A stretch of 64,000 nt of DNA from an uncultured Candidatus Saccharibacteria bacterium. Lineage in GTDB: Bacteria > Patescibacteriota > JABMPQ01 > JAQVVF01. The notes below the pieces were generated by a model. It did not search any database, was not told where the DNA came from, and was given only the letters and a program-made list of their open reading frames with translations. Of this stretch, positions 20,953 to 28,865 are shown in pieces. Numbering within the stretch: the first letter of the stretch is position 1; each line of letters opens with the position of its first letter. The translations under genes were made by a program, and so were the position numbers. The stretch covers positions 9,852-73,851 of the forward strand of contig CAZNOH010000001.1 in the NCBI GenBank assembly GCA_964574655.1, in the 5' to 3' direction.

Positions 20953-21558
20953 ATGCCAGAAGAAAAGAAAACTTTTCAAGTGATTGCGCCGGATGGAGAG
21001 CTGAAAGAATGGGAAATTGAGAATTCAAAAGAAATAGGATTGGTGGAAAACAAGTTTAAAGAGAGACGAGCGATTTCAGTGAATGTTTTTTTTAGATGTG
21101 GAAGATGGGCAGGAAAAATAATATTGGGTTGGTTTTCTTTTTTCGTTTCAAAATTAGAACTTTTATTAAAACAAAAAGCCGAAAAGAAATTATTGAAAGT
21201 AAAAGAGAAAGTTGAAAGGGAAGAGAGTAAACGGTTAAAAATAAAGAGAATACATGAAGAAAGAATGCATGAAGAAGCAAAGAGAAAAGAATTAATTTTG
21301 CAGAGTATTGATGTTTTGGACAATGCGGGATATCACGAAAAAGCTGCAAGGATTGCTAAGGAGACAGGAAGTTATGAGAGAGCTATTGATATTTTAGATC
21401 GTACTGGACACCATGAAAAAGCTGCAGAGATTGCTGAGGAGGTAGGAAATTATGGGAAAGCTATTGATATTTTGGTACGATCGGGACATCACGGAAAAGC
21501 AGGGAGAATTGGTGAAAGACTTGCTAGAAGATCTAATAATTCTGTAAAAAAAGTTTAA
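20953..21558 (+). CDS. Shared N-terminal motif protein (member 3) with C-terminal helical repeats
   Basis: MPEEKKTFQVIAPDGELKEW; ~26-aa repeats (IDILDRTGHHEKAAEIAEEVGNYGKA); start set by SD. Confidence 0.8.
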   Translation: MPEEKKTFQVIAPDGELKEWEIENSKEIGLVENKFKERRAISVNVFFRCGRWAGKIILGWFSFFVSKLELLLKQKAEKKLLKVKEKVEREESKRLKIKRIHEERMHEEAKRKELILQSIDVLDNAGYHEKAARIAKETGSYERAIDILDRTGHHEKAAEIAEEVGNYGKAIDILVRSGHHGKAGRIGERLARRSNNSVKKV

Positions 21559-21613
21559 GATTTAAATAAAGATACTATTTTATTAATTTGTACCTTTTCG
21601 GAGTTTTCTCCGA

Positions 21614-21746
21614 TTTTTTTTATTAACTTTTTCAATTCTCTTTTTAATAATTTGTATTAAAATTAGATTAGATGGATAGTTGACCAATCTTATTGTTCAT
21701 GCTATTCTTCAGTGATTGTTCTTTGACAAATCAAGGAGGAAGGAAA
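21614..21746 (+). repeat. Repeated promoter cassette, copy 2
   Basis: Same layout; boxA-like 21717-21729. Confidence 0.85.
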
Positions 21747-22838
21747 ATGGCAGAAGAAAAGAAAACTTTTCAAGTGATTACGCCGGATGGGGAATTGAAA
21801 GATTGGGAATTAGATGCGCCTAAACTAAAAAAGGCGGATGATAAGCTTAATAAAAAAAATCAGAGTTTGAGATTGGCTTTTGAATGGATGAAGAAAGCAG
21901 GAATGGCAACAGGAAAACATTATAGATTAATCCTGATTGTTGCGAGCTGTGTTTATTTGGCGGTATGGATTTGGCAAGAAAGATCTTTTCGTCTTGAAGA
22001 ACTTCATCGTCAAGAAGTAGTAGCTATGCAGTTACAGCAAAAAGAGAAAGCTAGAATGAGAGTAGGAGAAGAAAAAAAGGAAGAGAAGATTGCAACCACA
22101 AAGGCACAAAAAACTGACGAAAAAACACAAGAGGTTGAAGAAAAAGTTGAAGTTGCAGAACCTGAAAAAGAAAAAGAATGCTATGGTAAAGGGAACAAAT
22201 TGGTGAATGGGGTATGCGTACTAGAACATGTTATAAGAATGCATGAACAGTACGAGCACGAATTACAAAAAGAAAGACAAGCAGACAAAGAGAGACAACG
22301 TGGAGATGAGTTACGCAGGAAAGAAGTGTTTCACAGACAAGAGGAAGCTTGGTTGGTAGAAGAAGCAATGCGAAAGTTAGAAGTGGAGCGGAAAGAGGAG
22401 CACGAAGCTATTTTGGGACAACGACATGAGTATTTGAAAGAGCAACGAAGATTAGAAAGAGAGAGCAATCCTCATGTATATAGATCAAAATATCCAGTAG
22501 TTTTAAAGCCAGATTTATTAATAAAAGGAGCCTCTTCTAGCGTGATAGACGTTCCGGATGACTTTATAATCAGAGAAGTCATTATTGAACTAGATGTGAA
22601 GGTGGATAAACAGTATCTTCCATCTCAAAGTCATTTTGATTGTAATCTCTTGAGATCAGGCAAATTAATTAGTTTAAAAGGTTGTTGTATAGGTGGATGT
22701 GTTTTTAGCGAATTTATTCGTGAATCGTCAAGAGGGGAATGGAAAATATTGAAGAAAAAAATGCCAGGACGATTTCTTAGGTGGAAGATAACAATTGTCC
22801 CGGCAATTGCAGAAGATGGAACAGTGTTAAAACCTTAG
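21747..22838 (+). CDS. Shared N-terminal motif protein (member 4): TM, coiled coil, proprotein-convertase P-domain-like C-terminus
   Basis: MAEEKKTFQVITPDGELKDW; SVIDVPDDFIIREV...ESSRGEWKI...WKITI. Confidence 0.75.
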   Translation: MAEEKKTFQVITPDGELKDWELDAPKLKKADDKLNKKNQSLRLAFEWMKKAGMATGKHYRLILIVASCVYLAVWIWQERSFRLEELHRQEVVAMQLQQKEKARMRVGEEKKEEKIATTKAQKTDEKTQEVEEKVEVAEPEKEKECYGKGNKLVNGVCVLEHVIRMHEQYEHELQKERQADKERQRGDELRRKEVFHRQEEAWLVEEAMRKLEVERKEEHEAILGQRHEYLKEQRRLERESNPHVYRSKYPVVLKPDLLIKGASSSVIDVPDDFIIREVIIELDVKVDKQYLPSQSHFDCNLLRSGKLISLKGCCIGGCVFSEFIRESSRGEWKILKKKMPGRFLRWKITIVPAIAEDGTVLKP

Positions 22839-22871
22839 ATCTTTTTTGTTAAAACGCGCATTATTGACGCG

Positions 22872-23002
22872 TTTTTTTCTTAACTTTTTCAATTTTGTTT
22901 TTGAAGATTTGTTCTAACATTAGGTTAGATGATAGTTGACCAATCTTATTGTTCATGCTATTCTTCAGTGATTGTTCTTTGACAAATCAAGGAGGAAGGA
23001 AA
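22872..23002 (+). repeat. Repeated promoter cassette, copy 3
   Basis: Same layout; boxA-like 22973-22985. Confidence 0.85.
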
Positions 23003-23959
23003 ATGGCAGAAGAAAAGAAAACTTTTCAAGTGATTACGCCGGATGGGGAATTGAAAGATTGGGAATTAGATGCGCCTAAACTAAAAAAGGCGGATGATAA
23101 GCTTAATAAAAAAAATCAGAGTTTGAGATTGGCTTTTGAATGGATGAAGAAAGCAGGAATGGCAACAGGAAAACATTATAGATTAATCCTGATTGTTGCG
23201 AGCTGTGTTTATTTGGCGGTATGGATTTGGCAAGAAAGATCTTTTCGTCTTGAAGAACTTCATCGTCAGCAGGTAGTAGCTAAGCAGTTACTGCAGGTGG
23301 AAGAAGGAAAAAGAGAGAGAATAAGAATACGAACAGATGAAGAAAGAAAACGTCGTGATGAAGTAGAGAGACAACAGTTGGAACGGCAAAGGTTGGAAGA
23401 ACAGCTGTGGGTAGAAGAGGAGCATAGCAGGCAGGCAAAATTACGTCAGACGAAAGATGATAGGAGACGTCGTGATGAAGAGGAAAGACGGCTGATAATG
23501 TTGCGTCGACAAGAGGAAATCAGATTGGCACGAGAGGCAAAGCAAAGAGAGAGGGAAGAACGTGAACCGCATACATATAAAACGAGTCAGCCAATGGTAT
23601 TAAAAGCAGGCGCATCACAAGAAGCTTATTTTAAATTTGCAGAGAGTGTAATTGATGTTCCAGATGATTTTTATATTAGAGGGATTAGGATTTGGTTAAA
23701 GTTGGATGTTAAGAGCTTTTATAGAGATGAATTTTTAAAACCTCGTTATGACGGTTTAGAATGTAATCTCGTGAGATCTGGCAAGGTAACTTTTTTAAGA
23801 GATTGTTGTCTTGATGGATGTCTTTTTGATGAATTTAATAGTGAATCGTCAAAAGGAGAATGGAAGATAAAGGTAAGAGCAGTAGAAGGATGGATTAATT
23901 CGTGGCAGATAACAATTACGCCAGCAGTTGCAGAAGATGGGACAGTATTAAAACCATAG
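23003..23959 (+). CDS. Shared N-terminal motif protein (member 5), paralog of 21747
   Basis: First ~89 aa identical to 21747; divergent R/E-rich coil; P-domain-like C-terminus ending PAVAEDGTVLKP. Confidence 0.8.
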   Translation: MAEEKKTFQVITPDGELKDWELDAPKLKKADDKLNKKNQSLRLAFEWMKKAGMATGKHYRLILIVASCVYLAVWIWQERSFRLEELHRQQVVAKQLLQVEEGKRERIRIRTDEERKRRDEVERQQLERQRLEEQLWVEEEHSRQAKLRQTKDDRRRRDEEERRLIMLRRQEEIRLAREAKQREREEREPHTYKTSQPMVLKAGASQEAYFKFAESVIDVPDDFYIRGIRIWLKLDVKSFYRDEFLKPRYDGLECNLVRSGKVTFLRDCCLDGCLFDEFNSESSKGEWKIKVRAVEGWINSWQITITPAVAEDGTVLKP

Positions 23960-23991
23960 ATTGTTTTTTGTTAAAACGCGCATGTGTCGCG

Positions 23992-24125
23992 TTTTTTTTT
24001 TAACTTTTTCAGTTTTCTTTTTAATAATTTGCATTAAAATCAGATTAGACGGATAGTTGACCAATTTTATTGTTCATGCTATCCTGTAGTGATTGTTCTT
24101 TAAACAAAGAAAAGAGGAGGGAAGT
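23992..24125 (+). repeat. Repeated promoter cassette, copy 4
   Basis: Same layout; TGTTCTTTAAACA 24094-24106; GAGGAGG. Confidence 0.85.
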
Positions 24126-25271
24126 ATGCCTACAGAAAAGATATTTAGGGTGATTACGCCGGCAGGAGAGAGAAAAGAGTGGGTGATAAAAAATGAAGCT
24201 TGCGAAGTTCAACCTAAATGTTTAGTGCAAGAACAAAAGAAAGATAGATTTGATGGATTTTTAGATGGAGTGAGCAAGAAATTGGGTGAAGCGGGAAAGG
24301 AATTAGCTAAAATAACAGTTTCTTTTATTTCATGGTTGAGAACGAATATTAGAGTGATCTTGCTTGCTATGTTAGTCTTAGCGGCTTGTATAGCGCTATG
24401 GCGCTTAGTAGTTTTTGTAGGCATTCTATACGAGGCATTTGTTGATTGGTTGACGAAAAATAAATCTTCAGATGGAGCATGGTGGATGACTTATTTTCTT
24501 GGCATTGGCATATGGTTGATGATTGCTGTTGTTTATTTTCTGTTGATCTATGTCAAAAGAGAACACAGAATTTGGGGAGTTCGTTATTATGATTTTGCTG
24601 ACTTTTTTTGGTTCTTGGCATTAGGAGTATTTTTAGCATTTGTTGGCGGGTTAATTTCAGCGCAGGTCGCTTCTTGGCTTGCTTCGATTGTACCTTGGTA
24701 CTTGTCAATAATTATTCCATTAGCGGTTTCTTTGTTAGGAATTGGATTGATTAAAAACGGAATTTATCAATGCAATTTTGATGAAAAAGTTTGGTGGATA
24801 GTTATTCTAGCTGTGATATTGTTAGTCTCTGGAGTTAAAGCAGGCTGTGAATTAAGAAAAAAATGGCAGACTGAAAGAGAAGAATCTTTACGACAGCAAG
24901 CAGTTGAGCGTTTGAAATGCAAGGCAAGAATTTTGGTAGAACATTCAAGTTGGGGTTGGTCAAATAATGAATTTCATTTTAGTTTACAGGACATGGGAAA
25001 TTGTGGAGTTGTTTTGAATAAAGCGGAAGTCAGGATTTGGAAATTGCAAGAAGATAATGAATCTCCGCAATCTTTTAAGCAACGCCAGCCGTTTTTTTGG
25101 ACAAGAGATGTTCATTTTGAGGCTGACTCATTTCAATGCATGGAGGGTAGTATAAAATTGGAAAATTATCGGGCTTGGTTGCAAGATAAAGAATGGATTG
25201 AAATTAAACTATTTGGTAAAGATGAGCGTGGAAATGAGTTAATTGTACTTTTGGAAGCATATGATGAATAA
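24126..25271 (+). CDS. Shared N-terminal motif protein (member 6): multi-TM plus C-terminal domain shared with 20048
   Basis: MPTEKIFRVITPAGERKEW; ~5 TM; RIWKLQ...ESPQ.FKQR...LENYRAWLQ. Confidence 0.8.
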   Translation: MPTEKIFRVITPAGERKEWVIKNEACEVQPKCLVQEQKKDRFDGFLDGVSKKLGEAGKELAKITVSFISWLRTNIRVILLAMLVLAACIALWRLVVFVGILYEAFVDWLTKNKSSDGAWWMTYFLGIGIWLMIAVVYFLLIYVKREHRIWGVRYYDFADFFWFLALGVFLAFVGGLISAQVASWLASIVPWYLSIIIPLAVSLLGIGLIKNGIYQCNFDEKVWWIVILAVILLVSGVKAGCELRKKWQTEREESLRQQAVERLKCKARILVEHSSWGWSNNEFHFSLQDMGNCGVVLNKAEVRIWKLQEDNESPQSFKQRQPFFWTRDVHFEADSFQCMEGSIKLENYRAWLQDKEWIEIKLFGKDERGNELIVLLEAYDE

Positions 25272-25296
25272 TATTATTACAGCTCTTTAAAGCTGT

Positions 25297-25465
25297 ATTT
25301 TTTTCTTAACTTTTTCAATTTTCTTTTTTATAATTCGTATTAAAATCAGATTAGATGAATAGTTGATCAATTTTATTGTTCATGCTATTCTATAGTGATT
25401 GTTCTTTGACAAATCAATCCGCCTTCATCTCTGCGGAGACTACGGTGGACAGGGGAGGAAGGAAA
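25297..25465 (+). repeat. Repeated promoter cassette, copy 5, with a 36-bp palindromic insertion (25418-25453)
   Basis: boxA-like 25400-25412; TCCGCCTTCATCTCTGCGGAGACTACGGTGGACAGG lies between boxA and SD and is absent from the other copies. Confidence 0.85.
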
Positions 25466-26269
25466 ATGGCAGAAGAAAAGAGGACTTTCAAGGTTGTTGC
25501 GCCGGATGGAGAGTTGAAGGAATGGGAGTTTGGAGCTTCGGAGGCAAAGAAAAGTATCTCTTTAGAATCATGTCAGTCAACTAAAACAGATGAGATTATC
25601 AAACATTCTTCAAATCAGATTCGAGCAGAAGCGTATATAGTTGTTTTTAAGATCGGTAAATGGTTGGGAAATGTGATTAAACATTTTGTTTTGCAACTTA
25701 GGATATTTTGGCAAAAAATGACAGCTAAGAAATATTCTACTTATGATGATTTTCAGAAAGGCAAGTGTCTTATGGTAGTAGAGGAAGACTTGATTATTAG
25801 TGAAAAGGAACTTAGATATGAACAATCATATGGAAGATCGTATTTGAAATTAATTATGGTAATTTCATGTCTAAGGGAAATAAATGTTGTTTTCACAAAA
25901 GGCAAAGTTGTAGGCGAGAGTGAATATGGTCTTGCAGAATTTGATATTACTGGTTGTATTAGGAATTTGGAAATTTTTGTTTTTGTAGACAGAAAAGAAA
26001 TAGTTATCGATTTGAGTTGTTTAATCAGTCTGATTGAAAAATGTGAAGTGTTAAATATAGAACTTTTGGGGAGCGAAACAGATTTGTTTTCAGGGCAAAA
26101 AAGATTGAGAAAAATTCGTTTTGAATTTGCTAAATTAGGAGGTAAATTAGTTAAATATCATTGTACTTTTTGTGATTCTAGTGCTTTCTCTTCTGATTTG
26201 CTTTTTTATTCCCAATTTATTTGGGATTTTTTATTTTTCTTAATTTTTTCAGTATTTTTCTTATTATAA
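25466..26269 (+). CDS. Shared N-terminal motif protein (member 7)
   Basis: MAEEKRTFKVVAPDGELKEW; the 3' end runs through a terminator-like hairpin, so the true end is uncertain. Confidence 0.7.
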   Translation: MAEEKRTFKVVAPDGELKEWEFGASEAKKSISLESCQSTKTDEIIKHSSNQIRAEAYIVVFKIGKWLGNVIKHFVLQLRIFWQKMTAKKYSTYDDFQKGKCLMVVEEDLIISEKELRYEQSYGRSYLKLIMVISCLREINVVFTKGKVVGESEYGLAEFDITGCIRNLEIFVFVDRKEIVIDLSCLISLIEKCEVLNIELLGSETDLFSGQKRLRKIRFEFAKLGGKLVKYHCTFCDSSAFSSDLLFYSQFIWDFLFFLIFSVFFLL

Positions 26270-26325
26270 AAAAGCAAAAATGAAGCTAGCAGATAGTTCT
26301 TTCACAACAGGCAAAGGAGGACAAA

Positions 26326-27285
26326 ATGTGGGCGAAAATCGGGTTTTTTTTGCTGGCAGTCTTGGCAATTTATATCGGCATTGCGCTTTTAGTAAAGTTT
26401 TTTCCGCAGATTTTTCGGCAAAAAAATCTTGATACTCTGCGGAGGGCAAGCGGAAATATGTTTGTTCCTCAAGGCGCTTTTGGAAGAACTCTTGGATTAA
26501 CATTGGGAATTCCGGTGGCGATAATGGGAGTAACAGCAGTAGTAGAATTTGAACAAAAAAGATTGCTAGGTTTGAAAATTAGAGAACTGGAAAATAAGAT
26601 AGTTGCTAAATTAAGCAAAGGAATTATTTATTTTATTTCGCTTAGAGTTTTTTTGGATGAGAAGTTGAGTTTGTGGAAAAGACAGATTGCAATTGGTGAA
26701 TTTGAGCATCTTAGTTTGTTGGGCGAGGTTGATGATTTGGCGAGAAAATTAAAAGATTTTTGGCCAGTGATTTCAGAAATCGAAGTTTTGCTGGCAGATA
26801 ATTTTCAATTGTTAGAAAAAGTGAAGCAAATGCAGTTGCCTTCGGAAATTAATGGCGAGGTTGGGAAATTGGAGCAGGCTTTGAGGGAATACCAGAAAAT
26901 AACGATAGATTTTGACAGTTTGGCGCCTTTTGTTTCTTTGGGCGATGATTTGAAACAGATCAATACTTTATTAAAGCAAATTATGATGATGGATTCTGAA
27001 TTGCAGAATAAGATTGAGCCTAAAAAAGATTATTATATCATTTTAGGACTTAAAAAAAATGCTTCACAAGAAGAGATAAAGAAAGCTTATCGAGCTTTGG
27101 CGATAAAATTTCATCCTGATAAAAAAAGATCCCAATTGGAAAAAATTGACGATGAGGATATGAAAGCCAGAATTGAAGAAGAATATAATCGGATGCTGGC
27201 GGATATTAATGAAGCTTATGGAATTTTATTAGATGTCCAAAAGAGAGAAGAATATGACCGAACTTTTTCGTCAAGTACTTTTTAG
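26326..27285 (+). CDS. Membrane-anchored protein with C-terminal J domain; SD/boxA class
   Basis: DYYIILGLKKNASQEEIKKAYRALAIKFHPDK...INEAYGIL; N-terminal TM; AGTTCTTTCACAA 26295-26307. Confidence 0.85.
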   Translation: MWAKIGFFLLAVLAIYIGIALLVKFFPQIFRQKNLDTLRRASGNMFVPQGAFGRTLGLTLGIPVAIMGVTAVVEFEQKRLLGLKIRELENKIVAKLSKGIIYFISLRVFLDEKLSLWKRQIAIGEFEHLSLLGEVDDLARKLKDFWPVISEIEVLLADNFQLLEKVKQMQLPSEINGEVGKLEQALREYQKITIDFDSLAPFVSLGDDLKQINTLLKQIMMMDSELQNKIEPKKDYYIILGLKKNASQEEIKKAYRALAIKFHPDKKRSQLEKIDDEDMKARIEEEYNRMLADINEAYGILLDVQKREEYDRTFSSSTF

Positions 27286-27364
27286 TATTTGACATTTTTC
27301 TTTTGTTTTGTTTGAACAAGATAAAAGAAAGATAGTTAGCTCTTTAAAAAAAGGAGGGAGAGAC

Positions 27365-28192
27365 ATGGCAAACATAGTCAAGAGGCCAGAATCAGTAACA
27401 GCGCTTTTGACTGATATTCGGAAATTTACAGGCGGTCAATTTTCATCAGTTAGAAAAGAAGATCAGCAGGCAAGTTTTGGCAAAAAACTGCAAGTTGTTT
27501 TTCTGTTTGATACAACTGGAAGCATGTATCCGTATTATGAGCTTGGCAAGAAGCAAATTAGCCAGATAGTTTCGAAGGTCGTAGAAAAACATCGGCAGGC
27601 GCAGTTTTGCTATTTGGCTTATAAGAATCATGGCGATGAAACAGAATTTTTTGACGGCGAGAATCCTTTCTTTGCCTCTTCTTTTACCAGTGATCCAGAA
27701 CAAATCAAGTTGGAATTAGAGAAGGTGAAGAATGGAGGCGGAGGCGATGGTTTGACAGCTTTGGAATGCGTTTTTCATTATCTTAATGTAAATGTCAAAT
27801 GGCAAGATTCGGCAACAAAAATTGTGGTTTTAATTGGCGATATGCCGCCTCATGGAGTGATTGATTCGGTAGCAAAATGTCCAAAAAAGCATAATTATCA
27901 AGATGAGATTGCGCAAATGAAGGCGAAAGGGATAAAGGTTTATTCAGTATTCTGTTTTGAAGAGGGTAATTTGGTTTCATCTCGGATAAAGCAGGTTAAA
28001 ATGTTTTTTAGGGAAACAGCTTCAAGAACTAATGGGCGCTATCTGGAATTGGCAGAGATTGGAGAAATTGTTGATTTGTTGACAGGAATTTGCATGAAGG
28101 AAATTGGTCATTTGGATGAATTTGTCAAGGATTTGGAAAGATTGCAGCAGCTTTCCGATGGGAAGAGAAGACTGTTGCTGGCACTGAAGTAA
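27365..28192 (+). CDS. von Willebrand factor A (vWA) domain protein; SD/boxA class
   Basis: FLFDTTGSM MIDAS, GGGGDG..ALE, VLIGDMPPHG; AGCTCTTTAAAA 27338-27349 then AAGGAGGG. Confidence 0.85.
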   Translation: MANIVKRPESVTALLTDIRKFTGGQFSSVRKEDQQASFGKKLQVVFLFDTTGSMYPYYELGKKQISQIVSKVVEKHRQAQFCYLAYKNHGDETEFFDGENPFFASSFTSDPEQIKLELEKVKNGGGGDGLTALECVFHYLNVNVKWQDSATKIVVLIGDMPPHGVIDSVAKCPKKHNYQDEIAQMKAKGIKVYSVFCFEEGNLVSSRIKQVKMFFRETASRTNGRYLELAEIGEIVDLLTGICMKEIGHLDEFVKDLERLQQLSDGKRRLLLALK

Positions 28193-28202
28193 GGAGGAAG
28201 CC

Positions 28203-28457
28203 ATGGTAGAAGAACGGAATGAAACAGTTGCAAAAGGAATTAATTTTTTGTTGGATATGGCTGCAAATATGGGCAAGATGGCAGTGAACAATGTTTTTGA
28301 AGTGGAGACAGCGGATGATAGGACAAAAGAAGTGAGCAAAGCGGAGATCAAGAAAAGTTTCAGAAAGCAATTGATAAAAATGGTCTTGGATTTTTTCGGT
28401 GACGAGGAGGATGAGCAGAAACCCGAAGACAAACAAGGAGGCGAGCCATGTGGTTGA
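28203..28457 (+). CDS. Small hypothetical protein, operonic with vWA gene
   Basis: AAGGAGG SD overlapping the upstream stop. Confidence 0.7.
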   Translation: MVEERNETVAKGINFLLDMAANMGKMAVNNVFEVETADDRTKEVSKAEIKKSFRKQLIKMVLDFFGDEEDEQKPEDKQGGEPCG

Positions 28458-28696
28458 CAATTCTTTTGATTGTTTTGTCGGCAATTGCGATGTTGGTTGG
28501 TTCGGCTTTGATTTTGGATTTTTGGACGCCTTTCAAAAATGAACATGGCGAAAAAACGCCGCTGTTGCCAAAAGAAAAAAGTGCAGTCGGAGTGATTGTG
28601 CTAGGAATAGTTGTTTCATTGTTATCATTGATCTTTGTTGCTAATCCGCCTTGGCTTAGTCAGCTTCGCGAGAAGATGAAGTCTAACAAGGCGTGA
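28448..28696 (+). CDS. Small 2-TM protein (paralog of 19697)
   Basis: AAGGAGG SD; WTPFKNEHGEKTPLLPKEK. Confidence 0.75.
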   Translation: MWLTILLIVLSAIAMLVGSALILDFWTPFKNEHGEKTPLLPKEKSAVGVIVLGIVVSLLSLIFVANPPWLSQLREKMKSNKA

Positions 28697-28865
28697 ACTT
28701 TTGTACTTTACCCGAAAATAACTTCGGGTTTTTTATTTAATCGACAAGTTGTTATTAAAAACGTATAATTTAGATAATAAAAATATAAAATTTATATTAA
28801 ATTAAAATAAAAATATTTGTTCTTTGAAAAAAAGGAGGGCGTAAAAATGGCGTGGTTGAAGAAAA

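Noticed and set aside
21675-23268. Diversity-generating retroelement TR/VR pair
   Set aside because: The duplicated part is at the 5' end and looks identical, without adenine-specific mismatches; no reverse transcriptase in the window
20821-25465. Integron cassette array (attC sites)
   Set aside because: The repeats are direct promoter/SD units extending into coding sequence, lack the attC RYYYAAC...GTTRRRY palindrome, and no intI is in the window
20821-25465. CRISPR array
   Set aside because: Repeats are ~130 bp and separated by whole genes; no cas genes
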